From a virus, in the IMG/VR virus record IMGVR_UViG_3300035698_026135, positions 49,330 to 113,329 of that record: a DNA stretch of 64,000 nucleotides; one strand, written 5' to 3'. Shown one piece after another: positions 59,583 to 64,000 of this stretch. The translations under genes were made by a program, and so were the position numbers. The notes beneath the pieces were generated by a model. It worked only from the letters and a program-made list of their open reading frames with translations. It had not been told where the DNA came from and did no database searches. Each line of letters opens with the position of its first letter. Within the stretch, counting starts at the first letter, position 1.

Positions 59583-59836
59583 ACATAAATCAAATCGTTG
59601 ATCAGATACATCAACAGAACAAAGATTTAGTTATGACTATAACTGCCGTTGACAAATCGGCAATTATATTCTTTAATAAACTCGGCCAAGCACAAGGGGA
59701 ACTGCAAGTCCAACAAGACCAGCGCGGCAACCAGCGCGCGGTGTTCCATAGCTATGACAATAAGATAGATGAGAACAATATACCTTCGGATCGGGTAACT
59801 TACGTCCCGCAAGAAAAAAACAAGAAAACACCTTGA
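59579..59836 (+). CDS. Hypothetical protein
   Basis: ATGA overlap. Confidence 0.55.
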   Translation: MNINQIVDQIHQQNKDLVMTITAVDKSAIIFFNKLGQAQGELQVQQDQRGNQRAVFHSYDNKIDENNIPSDRVTYVPQEKNKKTP

Positions 59837-59862
59837 CTTCAGCAGCCATTGCTGTATATTAT
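59833..59862 (+). promoter_or_regulatory. Sigma70-like promoter
   Basis: TTGACT then TATATT/TATTAT at 16-18 nt, followed by AAGGAG SD. Confidence 0.6.
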
Positions 59863-59882
59863 AAAAACAAAAGGAGATAGAT

Positions 59883-60116
59883 ATGCAACGTTATTTTTTA
59901 CATAAGGGCCGTTACGTGGTAACAACGAACGAAGACAACACAGGATCCGAGAAGGTCTCTGTGGAGTTTGTAGGCCTTCACTCAAGTGTCAGCGGGCTCT
60001 CACGCCGAGGACGACCACCCAAGTATGCAAACGCAGTTGCGGTTAGCGAACTAGAAGAGATTACAGACACAACCGTTCTTTCAGAATTTGCACAATCGCC
60101 AAGCGAGCAAAACTAA
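59883..60116 (+). CDS. Small protein with AT-hook motif
   Basis: RRGRPPKY; strong SD. Confidence 0.65.
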   Translation: MQRYFLHKGRYVVTTNEDNTGSEKVSVEFVGLHSSVSGLSRRGRPPKYANAVAVSELEEITDTTVLSEFAQSPSEQN

Positions 60117-60130
60117 GAAACGAATTTCCA

Positions 60131-60204
60131 GAGGCCGGGAGACCACGCAGCCGTGTATAAAGCTGCAACTGTTGTTGGTCTGTTAGGTGGTTAATCCCGG
60201 TCTT
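60131..60204. ncRNA. Candidate structured ncRNA or cis-regulatory RNA
   Basis: GAGGCCGGGA/TCCCGGTCTT (10 bp) encloses GACCA/TGGTC and GCAGC/GCTGC in an otherwise AT-rich intergenic gap. Confidence 0.45.
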
Positions 60205-60219
60205 GCTTTAAGATAAAGA

Positions 60220-60483
60220 ATGCATTTATTATTTGATTTCAGATTTCTAAAACATTACATAGGCTACTTGGCCCTAACATATATATGGATGTTCTTAACG
60301 TCCTCAGAGTCCTTAGGTCATTTCCATTGGCACCTCATCTTGTGGTGGGTGGTCGGAGTAGCAACTGTTCTGGTCTATAGTTTCAAAACTTTAAACGAAC
60401 GAATTGAAAGACTAGAAAGCGAGGTAATCCAAAAAATACTTAACGACATTCACGAGTACCAATACGATGAAAAAAAAAAATAG
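60220..60483 (+). CDS. Small protein with two transmembrane segments
   Basis: YIGYLALTYIWMFL and LILWWVVGVATVLVY. Confidence 0.6.
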   Translation: MHLLFDFRFLKHYIGYLALTYIWMFLTSSESLGHFHWHLILWWVVGVATVLVYSFKTLNERIERLESEVIQKILNDIHEYQYDEKKK

Positions 60484-60679
60484 AAAACAATTATTCCAGG
60501 CGCTTGGAGATGTTGAGATCGTTTTTCGAACAGGACATTACTCTCTAGCCTACGACATGATAAAAAGTCTGATTGACCTTGAAAAAAAAATAAACGAACA
60601 AAAGATTCCTAAAAACCTAACTAATAATGAAGACAAAACAAATAACAATAGCAAAGAAAAGGGAGAAGAAAATGGATAA
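60467..60679 (+). CDS. Hypothetical protein
   Basis: Overlaps neighbours. Confidence 0.5.
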   Translation: MKKKNRKQLFQALGDVEIVFRTGHYSLAYDMIKSLIDLEKKINEQKIPKNLTNNEDKTNNNSKEKGEENG

Positions 60680-60842
60680 TATTACATTATGGGCCGTTCA
60701 AAACATTGAAACAGGAGGCGTGTCATGGACGCGAACAGCCAAGCGACCTGCGGTCTTCAATACTCGACAGGAGGCTCGACTCGCACTCTCTAGCGGCGAC
60801 ACTTGTCAGTATGGTCGTATCATCAGGCTGGTTAGTAACTAA
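60672..60842 (+). CDS. Hypothetical small protein
   Basis: GGGAG SD; FNTRQEAR motif. Confidence 0.55.
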   Translation: MDNITLWAVQNIETGGVSWTRTAKRPAVFNTRQEARLALSSGDTCQYGRIIRLVSN

Positions 60843-60856
60843 CGATTATGGCCCAA

Positions 60857-60929
60857 TCCTAGGTAGCTCAGATGGAAGAGCACTGATCTTGTAAGTCAGC
60901 GGTCGCCGGTTCGAAGCCGGCTCTGGGAT
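60857..60929 (+). tRNA. tRNA-Thr(TGT), CCA not encoded
   Basis: Acceptor TCCTAGG/TCTGGGA, D arm GCTC/GAGC, anticodon arm CTGAT-CTTGTAA-GTCAG, T arm GCCGG-TTCGAAG-CCGGC. Followed by CTA. Confidence 0.9.
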
Positions 60930-60958
60930 CTAAGATACAAACAATAGGACGAAACCCC

Positions 60959-60987
60959 TTGACGATCGTCGCCCCATACCCTAAGCT
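60959..60987 (+). promoter_or_regulatory. Sigma70-like promoter
   Basis: TTGACG-N17-TAAGCT; AGGAG SD before ATG 61000. Confidence 0.6.
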
Positions 60988-60999
60988 CTAGGAGTCGCC

Positions 61000-61557
61000 A
61001 TGATCTACTTCACTTCAGATACGCATTACAACCACACAAGAATCCTGGAGTTCTGTCCAGAGACTCGTCCATTCAAGTCGATCGAGGAGCACGATGAGGC
61101 CTTGGTCCGCAAATGGAACGCCGTCGTAACCCCCAGCGATGTCGTCTGGCACCTTGGAGACTTTGCCATGGGGGACCGTAAGGTTGGAGTCAACGCCCTT
61201 AGAAGGCTCAATGGACAGGTCAACTTCATTCATGGCAACCACGATAAGAACATATTGAAGATGTCCAGCTTCACAGATCAACTAAACTGGCATGGGCCAT
61301 ACAAGGAAATTACTCTGAAATTTGATGACGGAATCAAGGTTCCTGTCACTCTGTGCCACTTCCCCTTGGAGATATGGAACCACCGCCACCACGAGGCGTG
61401 GAGCCTTCACGGCCACTGTCACGGATCCTTTCCCTCCCCTAAACACCAAAAAAGGGTGGACGTAGGGGTTGACGTATGGGATCTAGCCCCTGTTTCTCAG
61501 GACCAACTTCGCGCTCATATGAAAAATAAAATTTATAAATCATTAGACCAACACTAA
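61000..61557 (+). CDS. Calcineurin-like metallophosphoesterase
   Basis: FTSDTHYNH, WN.VV...D.VWHLGDF, GNHD, LCHFP, LHGHCHG, DVGVD. Confidence 0.92.
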   Translation: MIYFTSDTHYNHTRILEFCPETRPFKSIEEHDEALVRKWNAVVTPSDVVWHLGDFAMGDRKVGVNALRRLNGQVNFIHGNHDKNILKMSSFTDQLNWHGPYKEITLKFDDGIKVPVTLCHFPLEIWNHRHHEAWSLHGHCHGSFPSPKHQKRVDVGVDVWDLAPVSQDQLRAHMKNKIYKSLDQH

Positions 61558-61581
61558 AACCCAACAGAAAGATAATTAATA

Positions 61582-61902
61582 ATGCTAATGGACCAAAATC
61601 AGACCACAGCCTACTCAACCCTAAAAGCTAAAATGGTGGATGTAACCAATTTTATTCTAGAAAACATGGAGAAACCAACTAATTCTTTGGTCCAAGCAGA
61701 GTTTGACATACTATATAATCAGTATTACGGAGCCCTAGAGGAGCTTGAAGCACTAGGGATATCCGAAGAAGAGGCCATTTCCATGAATACGAAATGTCCT
61801 GTTGAAGTTCCACACGACAAACGCGACATGTTTCGTGAGTGGTTTTCAGAAAGAGTTCATACAATGATGACCAACCAGGGTGTTGGTTTTCAAAACAATT
61901 AG
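61582..61902 (+). CDS. Hypothetical protein
   Basis: 106-aa ORF. Confidence 0.6.
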   Translation: MLMDQNQTTAYSTLKAKMVDVTNFILENMEKPTNSLVQAEFDILYNQYYGALEELEALGISEEEAISMNTKCPVEVPHDKRDMFREWFSERVHTMMTNQGVGFQNN

Positions 61903-61917
61903 GAGAATACGAAAAAA

Positions 61918-62730
61918 ATGACAAAAAGAAGCTGCGGTATTGGCGTCTCGGCATATATCGACAACCCAAATATTAAAGCTTTTTTTACCGTTGGGGCGCC
62001 GGCGCCTTTTTCCTTTCCTCTCAATGGCGCAAACACCTTATATCATTATAAGTTTGCTGAATCCTCCTCCGGCTCAACCGATCTATTATATGGAGACGAC
62101 CTTCTTAGTGCTCACGGAAGCTTTGGTTTTATAGATGACGGATTAGGATATACCGTCTTGTCTGCTGCCTATGGAACCAGCGTCGTTGGGGAAACAAAAT
62201 TTGTCAGCGAAAACGATATGTCGTCCTCGCTAACGGTTGAGTTCTGCTACAAGAGGGGAGGAACCAATGATAATGACAGCATACTTGTTGCGTATACTGG
62301 GTGGGGAGCTTCTGCTTCCGAAAACTCTTTGTGGTATTTTCTGAGCAAGTGGGGCGGCTCGGATGGAGTTGTGGCTTTCGGCCAGGAAGCCACAACAAGC
62401 AATTTTAGCTACGTGACAGGAACCGTTGCGAACGCAATGGCCGCCGACACATGGTACCATATCGCAGTCACAAGAGATGATTTGGGAACGAGTGGAAAAC
62501 TATATCTAGATGGAGCTTTGATTGCTGCCAACTCTTCCATGACCGAGCCCGATTCCGGAGGCGGCTCAAATACAAGACTTAGACTAAATGCCTTCTCTGA
62601 ACACGCCGGAGGAGGAGGAATATTAAACAGATCTTCTGGTTATTATTCTGGATTGCATGTTATGGGCGTCGAAAAAACAGCAGAGGAAATTGCTGAACTG
62701 GCGACAACAGCACTCATTGGAAAAAAATAA
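61918..62730 (+). CDS. LamG/concanavalin A-like domain protein (virion surface or adhesion candidate)
   Basis: LTVEFCYK, DTWYHIAVTR...KLYLDG, EKTAEEI. Confidence 0.78.
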   Translation: MTKRSCGIGVSAYIDNPNIKAFFTVGAPAPFSFPLNGANTLYHYKFAESSSGSTDLLYGDDLLSAHGSFGFIDDGLGYTVLSAAYGTSVVGETKFVSENDMSSSLTVEFCYKRGGTNDNDSILVAYTGWGASASENSLWYFLSKWGGSDGVVAFGQEATTSNFSYVTGTVANAMAADTWYHIAVTRDDLGTSGKLYLDGALIAANSSMTEPDSGGGSNTRLRLNAFSEHAGGGGILNRSSGYYSGLHVMGVEKTAEEIAELATTALIGKK

Positions 62731-62829
62731 TATAATAGATGGGCTCAACGCTCTCGCGTTATGATATATGTTTTATAATTATCAAAACAATTTATTGTCA
62801 AATTCGTCGTCGATCCTATTTAAACTAGC

Positions 62830-64000
62830 GTGACGTCAGCACATTTCAGCCAAAGCACAGAAGTACATGCGCCATTCTCATTTAAGGTAGATACGGAAGC
62901 AGGTATAGGCACAGCTACAATTACGGATCCTGAACGAGGAACCCATAATGTAGATGAAAATTTAGATTCGGGCCGTCTTATAAGAGAGCTTGAAGCTGGT
63001 CGAATGCACATAATTCAGACTGGCTCCAGCCCGATGCAGACAAGAAGGATTGATATAACTGGAGCAAGTGAAGTTGTATATTCAGGAGCCCTAGATTCTG
63101 CAAACAATGCAGAGGCAGCAATTGATGTGGCCTATGGGATGGGCGAACATTTTAAAATCTCTGCAAATGATACAACGTCTGGCTCATTTGAAACCAAGAT
63201 TCTTGCTGGAGAAAATATTACTATCGCCGTCTTTAATGACGGTGGTACTGAAACGCTTCAAATTTCTGCCGCTCTCCCTTCTACGTTTAATCTTGATGAG
63301 GGCTTTAAAATCTCTGCAAATGATGCAACCACAGGATCATTTGAAACAAAAGTATCGCCCGGCGAAGATATCGTCTTCACTGTCGCCAACGACGGCGGCG
63401 ATGAAAATATAACAATATCTTCCACGGGCTCGAAAACACAGACCTACTTGGGCGATGCGACACGAGGCTTTCTTGGTGAGAAGATAACCGCTGGAACAAA
63501 CGTGATAATTAATACTCTCGACGCTGGAGGCGGCGACTATGTTATTCAAATTTCTGCTTCTGCCCCTGATCCAAGTGATGATCACTTCAAGATCTCTGCA
63601 AATGATACAACCACAGGATCATTTGAAACTAAAATTCTAGCTGGAGACGGAATGCGCAAAGTTGTCGCTAATGACGGCGGCGACGAAAATCTTACATTTT
63701 CATCTACTGGATCAAAAGTAAAAGCGTCCGCAGCCGATACTGTGCCAGGCTTTCTTGGCTCGAAGATTCTTGCCGGAACCGACATAACTATTTGGACAAC
63801 CGACGAAGGAGGGAGTGATTTTGCTATTCAGATTTCTTCCTCTATTCCCGGTTCAAGTGACGAACACTTCAAGATCTCTGCAAACGATACATCAACAGGT
63901 TCATTTGAGACAAAAGTTTTAGCTGGAGACGGTATAAATTTCGACGTCGCCAACGACGGAGGAGCAGAGACGCTAACACTTTCATCCACAGGCGCGGTAT
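62830..64000 (+). CDS. Repeat-rich fibre/appendage protein, truncated by the window end
   Basis: Open frame from GTG 62830 to the end (absent from the ORF track). Six ~40-48-aa repeats, four with FKISAND.T.GSFETK..G..NDGG.E. Confidence 0.8.
   Translation, partial: MTSAHFSQSTEVHAPFSFKVDTEAGIGTATITDPERGTHNVDENLDSGRLIRELEAGRMHIIQTGSSPMQTRRIDITGASEVVYSGALDSANNAEAAIDVAYGMGEHFKISANDTTSGSFETKILAGENITIAVFNDGGTETLQISAALPSTFNLDEGFKISANDATTGSFETKVSPGEDIVFTVANDGGDENITISSTGSKTQTYLGDATRGFLGEKITAGTNVIINTLDAGGGDYVIQISASAPDPSDDHFKISANDTTTGSFETKILAGDGMRKVVANDGGDENLTFSSTGSKVKASAADTVPGFLGSKILAGTDITIWTTDEGGSDFAIQISSSIPGSSDEHFKISANDTSTGSFETKVLAGDGINFDVANDGGAETLTLSSTGAV

Noticed and set aside
60131-60204. Hammerhead, twister or HDV ribozyme, or a second tRNA
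   Set aside because: No CTGANGA/GAAA core, no T-loop or cloverleaf, and no recognisable pseudoknot consensus.
63140-63960. CRISPR array or diversity-generating retroelement
   Set aside because: The repeats are in-frame coding units with synonymous variation. No cas or reverse transcriptase gene and no adenine-specific template/variable pair were seen.
1-64000. All minus-strand ORFs and short alternate-frame plus-strand ORFs in the track (for example 21563-22267, 13304-13807, 50215-50727)
   Set aside because: They are shadows of well-supported plus-strand genes, with no motifs or SD and with antisense-type composition.
1-64000. Stop-codon reassignment
   Set aside because: Core genes are full length in code 11 and TAA, TAG and TGA all act as stops. 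The portal TAA is an isolated case.

Overview
This window is a 64-kb segment of a large tailed phage with a contractile tail and a T4-like morphogenesis core. All credible genes lie on the + strand and use the standard genetic code. 0.9-34 kb is the virion module: terminase, portal, intein-containing prohead protease, scaffold, major capsid, neck, sheath, tube, tail chaperone with a predicted +1 frameshift, tape measure and baseplate genes, interleaved with many putative internal-head proteins. 34-59 kb is replication and nucleotide metabolism: a minimal PolA-like polymerase, HD hydrolase, gp32-like SSB, RecA, 5'-3' exonuclease, intein-containing DnaB, MazG-like protein, class II RNR, 5'-nucleotidase, DnaE and dNMP kinase. 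It also carries ADP-heptose epimerase and an intein-split peptide deformylase with a SEC-C tail. The right end has small genes, tRNA-Thr(TGT), a phosphoesterase, a LamG protein and a truncated repeat-rich fibre gene. Highlights: (1) a ribosomal protein bS21 domain fused in frame to a protein that begins with a T4-like capsid-targeting peptide, although a 1-nt deletion could explain the fusion; (2) a set of ORFs sharing that targeting/protease-cleavage motif, suggesting a protease-matured virion cargo; (3) a TA(T/A)TTA putative late promoter often only 4-7 nt before start codons that lack an SD (candidate leaderless mRNAs); (4) three inteins placed in active-site motifs; (5) four decayed homing endonucleases, two of which carry the next gene's SD; (6) candidate structured ncRNAs. 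All calls come from motif recognition by eye; no searches were run.
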